The notes under the pieces are model-generated. The model saw nothing but the letters and a program-made list of their open reading frames with translations, had not been told where the DNA came from and ran no database searches. Shown here one piece after another: positions 1 to 11,124 of a DNA stretch of 64,000 bases (within the stretch, counting starts at the first letter, position 1; the number at the start of each line of letters is the position of its first letter). The DNA is taken from the NCBI GenBank assembly GCA_051294905.1, contig CM119373.1:1862001-1926000 (forward strand), written 5' to 3'. This DNA comes from Botryllus schlosseri. Lineage: Eukaryota. A program made the position numbers and the translations under genes.

Positions 1-312
1 AAGCCACACATTTTTGTATTTTATCACGATTCCGTTCTCATGTTTGGATATTGTGCAGTATCGTCACAGGCCGTGTCAATACAAATTAGGAGACAATACC
101 ACATGACCTGTCGTTAACATAGAAAATCGCAGTAATGTGGCTATTTTGTGAATAATTTCAACAAAATGAAAATTTTCAGGTGTTGGCAATGCTACATCGC
201 ACTAGTTTATGTCCCTAACTAATATCAATTAATTCTTGATATCTTTATCAGGCTAACACAGTAACTATGTCAAAAAATTATATAATAAAGTAGATATATC
301 CTCCATATTCAC

Positions 313-398
313 CTGTATAGATCTTTCTGTACTCTTGCCATACCCATGAATGTTCCGTAAGCTCTGTATTGAGCCACTACTATGTCCAGCACATTGCC
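313..398 (-). CDS. Possible internal coding exon of an unknown minus-strand gene running off the left edge (GNVLDIVVAQYRAYGTFMGMARVQKDLY)
   Basis: Minus strand: ttgtattttcag acceptor, 86-nt open frame, gtgaat donor. No homology recognised. Confidence 0.35.
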
Positions 399-585
399 CT
401 GAAAATACAATACAACTAATCATATAAACCATGGTGCTGAAATTATAAACACAATTCTAATGTGAGTAGGATAACGGATCGAATCATTTTCAAGGTAACG
501 TTGAGTACTGATCTATGAGCTTTTCCGCTCTGACCTTAGTCTGAACTTCGTATATCGACAATCACATCAGCCGTAAATATTTGGG

Positions 586-630
586 AAAAGCCCAGACCGA
601 AAGTGAGCCGTGCTACAAGTCGGCAGCTGA
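586..630 (+). mobile_element. 3' tail fragment of the tRNA-derived SINE family
   Basis: aaaagcccaga...gccgtgctacaagtcggcag matches the SINE tails at 54307-54360 (+), 33050-33103 (-) and 54000-54060 (-). Confidence 0.55.
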
Positions 631-1287
631 GATAACGCTGGGGGCGCGTGCTAGTGCGGTGACTGAAGATTGACTGGGAGAAGAGAATAAAAGCCGTCCC
701 CAAGATTACGAAAGGCAAAGACACTATGAACATTATCACAATTCATGTCGTGGCAGCACATAGCTTGAAAAAGCGATAAGCGCCACTGTGTTGTACCAAT
801 AATAATAATAATAATAATTTGGGTTTTCTTCAATATGAATATACTCTTCAATTTTATATTGAATTTCTGTATAGTCCTTGTTATTGACACATTCAGTCCT
901 TCACAGAACTGTTACAACTCGACGGCGAGTTGGACTGGAGCAATCGCTGCGATTACTGACTGACTGAGTATAAATAACTGGCTAATAAGTCCGGACACAG
1001 TAAGTTTCCCCTTGTGTGTATTGTAGAATGTCGATCAAACAACCCACACTATATCATACCGTTAAAAAATACGCTGGTATATACTCTAAATGAGAAATTA
1101 CATTAATACCGGTTTAAACTAACAGCGTTGCAAAGCCCTGCTTACACTGCGGAGACTACGGAAAGACTGAGCATGTGCCAAGGCACTTGGCCTCATGATG
1201 CGAGGCAGTCATGTGTGACGATATCACAGATACAGGCGGAAAACAACCGTGACATGTATATTCAAAGATATATTGGCTGTTACTTAC

Positions 1288-1344
1288 CAGTATGAAACTA
1301 TCAACTTCGGTAATAGTGTCATCCAACATAATGTCATCGTTCAT
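1288..1344 (-). CDS. Possible exon (MNDDIMLDDTITEVDSFIL) that would splice in phase 0 to the 313-398 exon
   Basis: Consensus donor CTG|gtaagt at 1288/1287; phase compatible with the 398 acceptor; upstream side abuts a transposon. Confidence 0.25.
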
Positions 1345-1349
1345 CGCAA

Positions 1350-4300
1350 TTTCATAGTATGACTTATTTACATGATGTTATTTCGTGACCTCCTGTCTGT
1401 TATATCAAAAAATATAGAACCGCCCAAACGTACTAAACTGAAAGATCATACGATTTCGGATCAGACATGGGGTAATCGTGATTAGTAATCTTAATCGATT
1501 ACGACGATTACAGCATTTTCAAGTAATCGTAATCGCAATCGATTACATTCGAAAAAAATCCGAAGTAATCGTAATCGTAATCGACTATTTCACAAAACTA
1601 ATCGATTTCTTCGTGAAAGAACGATTACTTTTTATTTGTAGAAGGACCATAACATAAACTGAACAGTGAACATTCTTGATCAATGAAGAGGGCGATAACC
1701 AGGTTATTGATGGCAGAAACGTCGGATTTTCAGATTCCACTGCCCATTATTGCATCACAAGTATTAGCTTTGCTCGTTATTGCGTAAAGAATTATTATCC
1801 ACACATAGTAAGTAGATATTCGATGTGCAGTAGTAGTAGCACAGTGGTAGATGTACAGTACAGTAGTAGTGTGATTGCCTTATCCGGTTATCAATACACT
1901 CTATTGTCCTGCCTAGTAACGTATGCATTGATGTTTGGTTAGTTTGACTGTTTCTGCTTGACTAGCAGCAGGCCTATTTACGTGCACGACACAAAAATTT
2001 TAAATTTTGTACTTGTGAAATTAAATGACGATCGCCACATCGAAGCATTAAAAATAAACGGCTGCTGATGTAGATCATAACCGAGTCGTTGTGCCGTTAC
2101 TATTATGTGTCTGTTTGCCGTTAGGCCTACTCGTTACGGGTAGCCTACTCGTTACGAGGAACGGCAACTTGCAATATCTGTATTGTAGGCAGAATTTTAT
2201 GTTCACCTTATCTTATTCTAATATGGCCCTACTTCAAACGGACACCAAACGTTATTTCGCAATTATTTACTCAGCATTTGGATCTGCCACCATAGCCGTC
2301 CACTTATACACCTTACTAGCGTGGGTTGCAGTTAATCAGGACCCAAACAGCACTTCGTGCGCGAAACGTTAGTCTGGGCCCCCACAGGGTGATCAATCAA
2401 ACTTCTTGCGCGCGTAGTCCCCCAGACCCCCCTTTTACGGCCGCGCTTTTCGCAACAACTATGGAAGACACGTTTTGATGCGATGGGAATTCGCTGTGTA
2501 TGCTCTTTCAATTCGCACCAAGTGCGAAAATTTTTCAACTTCATGACTGAAATTCGTCTATAATGTTGGTAATTGCATATATTACTATTCATTTTTGATC
2601 CACACTCAGCCCCCGCGGTCAGATTTACTGGTAGAGTTGGTGCACCCCGTTCTCAATGCTAATTTAGTGTACGTTGTTAATTAGTGACCTCCCGTCTGCT
2701 ATATAGTCAACAGATGTTGGAGTCACCCAAACGTAGCAGACTATAAGAAAACTAAAAAAAAACTTTCGTGAGATGTACACACAAATTGTCATTTTCTCAC
2801 AAGGTGCATCATTTACCTATGTGAGTGCGACGGGTGGTTTTGTATTGTTGGGCTAGTATTGTGTAAGGACAGGGTTCTTCTTCGCGCTTATCCAGCGCGG
2901 TTATTGATAATGGATACATACACAAAGTTTCGGCCAAGGTTGTTCTTTGGTAGCACACTTCGCGGAGTCGCATGTTGGCTGAAACTGAAACTACCTATTT
3001 CTACCTATTTGTACTGTTGGGCATATTTTATTCGAGGGCATGCATTTCAAAATCTAGATATTTAGCAACTTTAAATCACGAAGCGTCAACAAAATTTTCA
3101 AATAAAGGATATCTCTCGAAAATACTCTAAAATTTGTGTTGATTTACGAAATAATTCCGTGTCCCCTTCGCACTCGTTCCCGCCAAATTAGAAGGTTTGG
3201 TTACGGCCCTGGCTAGAATGCAAATCGTGTGGAAAACATCAGCTATAAAGTTGGCCAATGGGTATATTATGACGTAAACATTACATGACGTCATGTTGTT
3301 CTCTCATGGGGCCTTTTCATCGCGATCGTTATATTGCCTTCCAACAAGTCTTCAAAGATAAGTTGTAAGAACCAAAATAAATGTAATCGTGAGTAATCGT
3401 GATTACTTTTCCAATGTAATCGTAATCGTAATCGACTACTTCCTGATTTTGCTGTAATCGTAATCGTAATCGTAATCGCGAGATTTAGAAGTAATCGTAA
3501 TCGCAATCGATTACATTCATGAAGTAATCACCCCATGTCTGTTTCGGATTGGTATTTCTTTACTGGCATATAATTTTTTCCTGCGGGATGGTATTTGTCT
3601 TGTGAGGTTCAGATTGCCAAGACAGTAACATTCGGCGCCAGTCATTTAGGCGCCTATATGGACGATCAAACCTATATGTATTTTGTATATATAACGAAGT
3701 TTTCGGTCAGCATAGGGCAGTCCTTTACGGCCAAGGTTTTCTCGCTGCCAATCGTTCTGGCACACTTCTTTGAGTCGCATGTTACATGACAAAAAACTTT
3801 ATATGTCTTAATGCGTCGTGGCACGGTAATGGCCAACGCCGATATGCCCATTTCTATAAATCTAGCGTATTTTTTATTGGGCGAAGAGTACCCAATAGTC
3901 AAGATATTTGGCGACTTGAAATCGCGCGCAGTGCGAATAATTTTTGAAAAAGTTGCATGAATTTTTGAAACATAGCCTGTAATTTATGCTAATTCACGAA
4001 ATAATTTTGGGCCCCCTTCGAGCTCACCCCCCCCCCCAATTCGGGGGGTTTGGGGTGCGGCAGTTAAAGCCCTGCGACTACGAAGTGTGAACAATTCACC
4101 ATTTTTCAGTATTTTCCTCCGGTATTGCAAAAGTGTCCTCTTTTCAGATTTCCAAAATGTGGTAATCCTAGGTATTACCTTATCGACAGAAAACTCCTGT
4201 TCAAACGAATTGAATAATATCAAAATTTTTGCTGCTGAGAAGCTGATGTAATTCAACGCCCTACAGTGCATAGTTGCAGCGTTTCCCGATCAATGTTTGC

Positions 4301-4720
4301 AAGGGGATGGATTTTTCAACAATGTTGGTGATTGTACTTGCATATTCTGCATATTATCCTATCTCACCATACGTGATCAGATTTGCCTGATGAAAGTGAT
4401 GACTTCGAAAATCCACGGCATGTAACTGTACAGTAAATCTTACGCAATGTTCATGCCACACGGAGAAGACTATTCGTTAGTTTCTCGCAGATTAACTTCG
4501 CGCTAGCCCATTGTTATTTAGGAAAACCATGTTATTTCGCCATTCCCCGAAAAGATTGTGCTACTGAAATGATATCAGTATCGCTCACGCGGTTCCTTGG
4601 ATAACAACAATTAAAAAAAGAAAAAAAGTCATCTCTACGGATTTTTTGTGCGCAGCTAAGATCTTCTGTGCGCAGAGACCGGTTCAGCACTGCGCATTTG
4701 CGCACGTGCGCAGCTTAGAG
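1350..4720 (+). mobile_element. Truncated copy of the composite non-autonomous element seen complete at 50707-52798, interrupted by the 1462-3541 insertion
   Basis: 1350-1461 and 3542-4720 are colinear and highly similar to ~51475-52790, including the unique-looking 4170-4590 block and the right end gcgcacgtgcgcagcttagag. Confidence 0.8.
1462..3541. mobile_element. Non-autonomous hAT-type DNA transposon with (GTAATC)n subterminal arrays
   Basis: TIR cagacatggggt / accccatgtctg; exact 8-bp TSD tttcggat (1454-1461, 3542-3549); uninterrupted empty site gatttcggattggtatttc at 51571. Confidence 0.92.
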
Positions 4721-5083
4721 TGTGTAGTCAACCGGTCAATCATGGCATCCTGTCAATTGCATTATTCATGAAAAAAGGAAATTCTAGAATTAAAACCCTA
4801 TCACAAGAGATAAAATGTACCTATTGTGTATATATGCTCAATAAGAAAGTATTCAGCAGCATGAGGTAACATATTGTAATCGGTTAACCTGTCCGACCCG
4901 TAATGGAGTCCACTCTAGCACCCAAGCAACGCAGGCTGATGGGGTGACGGCCTAGTTTACTACAGAATATTGGGATTTAACAATTTTGTCAAGAATTCAA
5001 CAAAGCATTGTCAAATTTCAGGTGAAAACAGGTATGCGTCAACAGTGCACAGATCTGATCATTTCACTACGAGGTCTACTTAC

Positions 5084-5390
5084 CCAAAGTTTCTCTTTTC
5101 TTCAATATTGGGTGAACCCACAATCTTTTCTTTTCTTTAGTTTCAGTCAAAAGTAGCAAAGTCAGCGCCAAAAGGAGCCGCTTTTTCTTTCGGTCTCTAC
5201 TCATCAATACCGGCATCACGATAAACTGATTCGAGTGCAAGTACGAGTTGCCGCCGCTGTGCGCTTCCCTACGCCACGAAAAAAACGCTCGGAGATCGAT
5301 TTTCGAGCGCAGCGAGGCGAAGCGTAATGAAGCGTAATGAGGCGTAAAGAGGCGCTCCAAATTATAATAAACAAACAGAGCCTTCGCCTT
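5084..5390 (-). pseudogene. 5' relic of a PIF/Harbinger-like transposase gene (exon 5204-5084: MSRDRKKKRLLLALTLLLLTETKEKKRLWVHPILKKRETLG) plus subterminal repeats
   Basis: R-x-W-V-H-P-I-x-x-x-R-x-x-x-G is the typical N-terminal motif of animal Harbinger transposases (from memory); G|gtaagt donor at 5084/5083; tandem aagcgtaatg motifs at 5315-5355. No DDE region found. Confidence 0.55.
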
Positions 5391-6776
5391 CAATGTAAAC
5401 TAGTGTCCATCACCCTTTACGGTGATGCATTTTAGCTGAAGACGCAAATCGCTTGACCTGTCGATATAAGGTTCAGGCGCGATGCCGTCATTGCCGTGTG
5501 AATGGCCTTTGGTGTGACTTTCGACGGTGTGTCCGGAATGAAAGGCACCATGGTCGGCGTACTGTTTATCACACAGATATCTCCATATACGACATTTATG
5601 GATTGAGATTGAACACACCTATTTGTAATACTATGGCTAGCGGTAACTACCAATGGTAGTACATTGACCCGCGGTCAATTTTTAATTCGGTGATCCTTAG
5701 TGTAAATGTAAACGAATCTCTTTATACTAGTGATTCGCTAGTGTTAATTTACTCACTCGCTCACTCTTTCTTAATCACCGATTGCGTCGCGATGAACAAT
5801 GGCTGGAAACGTCTACCAAGCTTGATTCCATTGTTATCCTTCATTCACGGCCGTACGAGGCACTGATAACCGTTGCTATCCTTTGAATAGGAAGTGCACA
5901 CTGTACGTATACTGTCGTATTTGTACATCCCGAACGGCTGATGAACCAAGTCTAGCCAATGTATTTACCATACGTGTCAGTATAGTACGGAGGTAGTCAA
6001 CTATTTTACCAAAGGGGCAGTTACAAACGTTCAAAATTTGATATGGTACCTAATAACTGTTATAAGAACCGCTATCCATATACTGTATTATTAATAATAA
6101 TAATGTTAACTATCATTAAATAATTTTAGCTCATACAAATTTGATACGGTATAACTTTATACAAAATCCAGTAAAGCGGCATTAGCAAAAGCAATATAAG
6201 AATTGTATTGACTGCTCCGTTCGTCACAGCTAGTGGGAGAATTGTCATTTTTTATTTATTTATGGCTAGGTGAGGTGAGAGCGAGGCGAAGGCAGTGGTT
6301 TATTATTTATAACTCTTAGTAAGTAAACGCTTGTTTTTGCAAATAATCGATTATGAATTTGATTGTGTTGTGAAAATCTAAAAGTCAATACTGAGACGGA
6401 GACGTTGCGGGTTCTGCGCTTAAAAGGTCCGCAGTTCAGTATCCTGGTATTGTAATTATCTCCATACCATGAACACAATTAATCCATTACTGTTCCGTTA
6501 TGCGTCTTATTATAACCTCAACCATACTTCTAATATGAGACTAATTTATTTCATATTTGCAGCACAATGATTTTAATACAGGCAAGTAATCGTTGATCAC
6601 TAAACATACTGCAGGTAAATAAAGAAGAGTAGATAGATAACAGAACACAGGGTACAAATACGAGACACGAAGCGCAAGGACATATCGATTGTCGTTAATT
6701 ACCAGTCCTGTTCAAATAAGAGACTAACTATTAAAAATGGCGTGAACCTCTCTCTACCTTTATGAAAGGTTATGTG

Positions 6777-8131
6777 CAGGCCGTGTTATTTTTGGCATAT
6801 GCCAAAACTGCCAAAAATAAGTTATTTTTGGCATTTTTCGATTTTTATTTTTGGCAGTTTTGGCATCGTCCTCTAAATAGATAGTTTCAGCCTCGAATTA
6901 GTCACAAAAACGCTTTATTTGGGCTGGTTTGTCAAAAGGCACCGCAAAATGTGCTGCATCCACGTATAATCAGTGCCAACAAACAATAAGAAGAAAAAAA
7001 TACCCAACGATTTCATAGGTTAATAATATCAAACGAAACCACAAAATATGCAGTGTCCATCGGAATCGGTGCCAATGAGCAAAAAAAAAGAAAAGCCTAA
7101 CAAACACGCTCAACAGCTGTTTGTTACAGCTGTTGAATAGACTTAAATCGTTTGCACTGTAACAGTGCTTCCAAACTCATGTCAGCTAAGTTTCTCCTAA
7201 ATTCATTTCTCGCCCAGCGAATCTGGGAAATATCGGCCTCAACAGTAGCCGTTGAGGGAAAGAATGTTGCCAGTCATCCACAAAAGGTTTTCAGAGCTTC
7301 GAAATCTTTGGAGGGTCGAACCGGCTTCCATGCATTATGAAAAGAGATCACTTCGCCAGTGCCATCGATCTAATCGCGGAAAGAATTTTCTTCCCGATAC
7401 TTTTCCAGGAGTTTCCTGTGTTGTCTCTCAACAAATTCTATGTCGTAGCCCGACTATCATTTCTCCTTCAGTCTACAGATAGATCTTCGGAGGACTTTTG
7501 TCACTTCAGGTGGCTTTAATATTACCAACTCGCATGGAAGAGTCCTAGGAAGGTTAGCTTGTTTAAGAACATTGACGCAACAAGACTGTCTGGCAAAACG
7601 AGACTATGCAGCTCAGAATTAGCCAGACAGTTTGTTGCGTCACAATGTTCAACTTGATCACAATGCAAAAGTCGTGGTTGATTTTGGGGGTTCCAGTTTC
7701 ATGAGCAGAATATAATTTATATTTTAATAATCAGTACTGCGGCAGCTGCTCATTGATACACGTTTTATCAAATTTAGCGCTCGACAAGCCGATCAAAAAT
7801 GGTCGTAAAATTGCCTTTGGACAAATGACAAGTATGACGTAAACCAAATGCAGTCAGCCGTTCAATCTCGCTGTGCCCACACCATTTAGGACACCATGCT
7901 TTCACCCCTAATGGGTGGGCTGGGCCCAGATTAAGAAACCTGCCTTTCACAAACGCTCTTATCGCTTGTAACGCGGTCCTGTTAACACAACACCATGAAC
8001 GAAATACACTATTTGGCAGATTGTGTTATTTTTGGCATATGCCAAAAATTGCTTATTTTTGGCATTTTCAAATTTTTATTTTTGGCAGTTTTGGCATCTG
8101 GCTGCTGAAATGCCAAAAATAACACGGCCTG
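6777..8131 (-). mobile_element. hAT transposon deletion derivative retaining the transposase C-terminus
   Basis: 22-bp TIR caggccgtgttatttttggcat / atgccaaaaataacacggcctg; exact TSD gttatgtg (6769-6776, 8132-8139); repeated ttatttttggca motifs at both ends. Confidence 0.93.
7124..7560 (-). pseudogene. Decayed hAT transposase C-terminal (dimerisation) region
   Basis: One frame with four internal stops: LPRTLPCELVILKPPEVTKVLRRSICRLKEK**SGYDIEFVERQHRKLLEKYREENSFRD*IDGTGEVISFHNAWKPVRPSKDFEALKTFCG*LATFFPSTATVEADISQIRWARNEFRRNLADMSLEALLQCKRF; PSTATVE corresponds to the hATC P-x-x-x-x-x-E motif. Confidence 0.8.
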
Positions 8132-8242
8132 GTTATGTGTGAACGCGAACGTGAACCTCATGACGTCAGGTGACGTCATATTGCTAATTCCAACCCTATA
8201 TTTCAGCGAAGTGATAGCCTATATTAATGTACATGATACCTA

Positions 8243-8342
8243 TCTCCAGCTCCGGCTCCGGAGCTTTCTTCTATCATTCATTAGCTCCGGCTCCAACTCC
8301 GGAGCCGCATTATTACCACTGCTCCGGCTCCAGCTCCGGCTC
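8243..8342. repeat. (GCTCCG)n-rich low-complexity repeat, probably a MITE subterminal remnant
   Basis: Multiple ctccgg/ctccag hexamers. Confidence 0.6.
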
Positions 8343-8371
8343 TGAAAACTTTCGAAGGTGTCTGTCTATAT

Positions 8372-9048
8372 CTGGGGCGGGCAAGCCGCGGCCTGCGGGC
8401 CATATGTGGTCCGCGAGAAGGTTTTGACTAGCCCGCGAGCTAATTTCCCTTTATATTATCGAAATTCTGGTATATTATCGAAATTGAATTGCTCAGATTG
8501 TGAACTTGCAAGGCCAAAAAATTATGATTAGTCTAGCCGCGACACTTGGGATGTTGATGACTAAAATATCAGTTTCGACGCATTGGCAGATCCAGGGTCC
8601 CGTCACATTTTTAGTAAATCGTCGTGCATTACAATAAACTAAAATAGTAGTAAAATTTTTCTTCACGCTTCGCGTGTTTAATTGTCACACGATTTCTTTC
8701 TTTGTAGCCTACCCCCGCTTGCTTCAGCCGATTGAGTCTAACTATATTCGTAATTACGAGAGAAAATATTTTCTCGTTTGCGCTCGCAGGAAGATCGTCG
8801 GCGATGAAATGTAGGCACAAAATGATTGTCGTATATTAGCGGAAATCTTCGATATCGATATGTCCAGATGCCGAATAGTCCTGTCCTTGCAAACTGAGCC
8901 CAGCGGGCGGTATACAGTCGACCCGCAATATCCCCAAGTAATAATATTATTAGCTTCGAAAATTTTACGCGCCTGACGCGGCTGGTGGGCAGCGCACTCG
9001 TTCGTCAATTTCATGTGGCCTTTTAGCATTAAAGGTTGCCCACCCCTG
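8372..9048. mobile_element. hAT (Buster/Charlie-like) MITE
   Basis: Ends ctggggcgggcaa / ttgcccacccctg; exact TSD gtctatat (8364-8371, 9049-9056). Confidence 0.85.
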
Positions 9049-9101
9049 GTCTATATAGATTACTAACTTATCCGTAGGTTAGTTATCTATAGTAATCTAG
9101 A

Positions 9102-9290
9102 GCATTGCTCTTCAACCGGGGTTGCCGTACACCCTAGGGTGTACCAGAATTTGCAAAGGGTGTATACCATTCGGATGGGGTGTACAGGGGTGTACCAGAT
9201 CCGAATTACAATGAGCCGATGGCTAGCTATCATAAAGACAGGTTTATGGGTCAGTGCAGGTTGACGCACAGGTTAATGAGCAATATGGTA
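9102..9290 (+). mobile_element. Left-end fragment of the 'cagtgctcttcaacc' hAT MITE family (same as 32054 and 34432)
   Basis: Near-identical to 32054-32090 joined to 34287-34430; carries the empty ccctaggg site. Confidence 0.75.
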
Positions 9291-10131
9291 CGGTGTTATC
9301 TCAAGTAAAGAGACGCTTAGGGGTACAGAACTTCATAACACATTTGAATAAAATATTCATATTTATTCCCGAAGCTTTTCTGCTGACCCTCGTCAAGTAC
9401 ACCGCTTGATTGTGATGTCATAAAGCAAATATTTTTCTTATTCACTTAGCCGTCGGCAATAGGCCAATGGTTCCGTTTGGTGTTGGAAAGTATGCAGTTA
9501 ACAAACATGTGTTCAGCTAGTCATTCAGCTAGTCATTTGTCTTTTAGTGATTTTTGAGGAAACCGCCGCGATAGCTCAGACTTCGTGAATCGGTACTTCC
9601 TACCCGACGTTAATAAATACCGCAATGCACATTGCACATAAATGAAGTGACGTAGCCAGCCAGGGTCGAAACAGCTTCCATGTTGAAATCGATACCCTTT
9701 TGTTTTAAAATGCCGATTTTATGTTCAATATTTCGCCATACATTTGCAATTTAGTATTTTGTTATTAGTAGGGCGATTTTTTTTTTGAGATGTTAAAAAA
9801 AGTCAAAATTAGGTCAAAATTGTAGCGTTAGGTCAAAATTTTCAAAATTGTTTACAAAGTCCAACATTTTTTGACCTCTGAATTTCGTTTTTATCGTAGA
9901 TTTTGCGCTGCCGATGAACTTATCACTTGATATTTTACAGTTTGTTGCCTACTTTATAGGCCTACCGTTGTAAACGAACCCTCGTCTGCTCATTGTGAAT
10001 CATAAACGATCAAATGAAACAAATAGTGCCATGGTTTTATGGTCAACGTACCGCAATATCCTAACTGAAGCAAGACTGCTAGGACATTGCATGATTCTTA
10101 TATCAAGAAGAGCAAGCTGAAAAATTGTGAT

Positions 10132-10332
10132 ATAGACAACATTGTAAGAATGAAGCAACACGGTATGTCACCAGCAGTGTGCACATAACTTCAGTGTTGT
10201 CAGCCAACAACCGCTGCTGTTTAACGTTCTTTCTCCATTCTTGGCAAGCTACCTAGTAAGGACAAACACTTTCTACCCGTGAATGTAGGAAAGTAAGCTA
10301 TCTTTCGTTCGTTGTACTACAACAAATTTTAA
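10132..10332 (+). pseudogene. Decayed hAT-type transposase C-terminus
   Basis: IDNIVRMKQHGMSPAVCT*LQCCQPTTAAV*RSFSILGKLPSKDKHFLPVNVGK; the QPT..AV(E)RSFS motif has the catalytic-region E codon mutated to TAA. Paralogous relic on the minus strand at ~46780-46960. Confidence 0.7.
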
Positions 10333-10439
10333 TTATTTCCACCATAATACGTAATGTAACTACTGGAATTCTTCATTGGGCTAGATTTCGGTAAAATACT
10401 AGTTTTTTCATGAGCTTTTTGGAGGTACAGAACTTGAAT

Positions 10440-10830
10440 ATACAATTCAATAGTATATTCATATTGAAATGAACCCGAATATTTTCGGCTGACACTCGTC
10501 AGGGGTAATCGTTAGCAACTAGTAGAGAATTGGAAAGAACATGGTATATCAACAATCGTATCACAAAATATGACGTCACCAGCATTTAAGAGAGAGCGTT
10601 CAATGTACTATTTTTAGGTGGTACACGAACTTCTTTTTGTTGACAGAGTTTTGGTTGGTGTATTTTGATAAAAGTCGACTCCAAGTCACACAAATGACGT
10701 CATATTTTGTGATACGATTGTTGATATACCATGTTCTTTCCAATTCTCTACTAGTTGCTGGCGATTACCCCTGACGATTGTCAGCCGAAAATATTCCGGT
10801 TCATTTCAATATGATTATGCTATTCAATAG
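10440..10830. repeat. Inverted-repeat pair (arms ~10450-10578 and ~10695-10826), MITE-like, nested in the 9769-11083 element
   Basis: Arms are near reverse complements; the insert lies between two copies of tagttttttcatg (10400-10412, 10828-10840); related sequence at ~9320-9400 and ~41340-41480. Confidence 0.75.
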
Positions 10831-11124
10831 TTTTTTCATGTAAAAATTTGCTAGTTTTTGTGCCCAGAACGTTTTTTCAGGCCAATCTATTTTGTAAGGA
10901 CAGACAGTTCCAATCAGATCTGAAGATAAGTAGTACAATTTTGACGTTATGTGCGAAAACACCTAATTTGCATACGTAAAGTCAAAATTTGGTCAAATTT
11001 CAGTTTTTTTAGGTAAAAAAAAGTCAAAATGTAGATTTTTTAGGTCAAAATCTTCCGTTTTTTAGGTCAAAATAATCGACCTAGTTATTAGTGATCCAAA
11101 TTAGCGACAATAGACTGTGTATAG

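Larger units (their letters stand above)
9769..11083 (+). mobile_element. hAT element with ggtcaaaa subterminal repeats and a transposase C-terminal relic
   Basis: TIR tagggcgatt / aatcgaccta; exact TSD gttattag (9761-9768, 11084-11091). A diverged inverted copy spans ~43044-47300 around the Kolobok insertion. Confidence 0.85.

Noticed and set aside
536..739. 67-aa hydrophobic ORF as a membrane protein
   Set aside because: Overlaps a SINE tail; no support beyond the open frame.
3291..3506. ORF MRLRLLL...ITITIT
   Set aside because: Translation of the (GTAATC)n subterminal array.
3595..3902. Recurrent ORFs similar to those at 12113, 16565 and 51591-51912
   Set aside because: All lie in family A repeat copies with inconsistent frames; not a protein family.
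1350..4720. Segmental duplication with 51475-52790
   Set aside because: Homology stops at the transposon terminus and the second copy has its own TSD; treated as a composite transposon.
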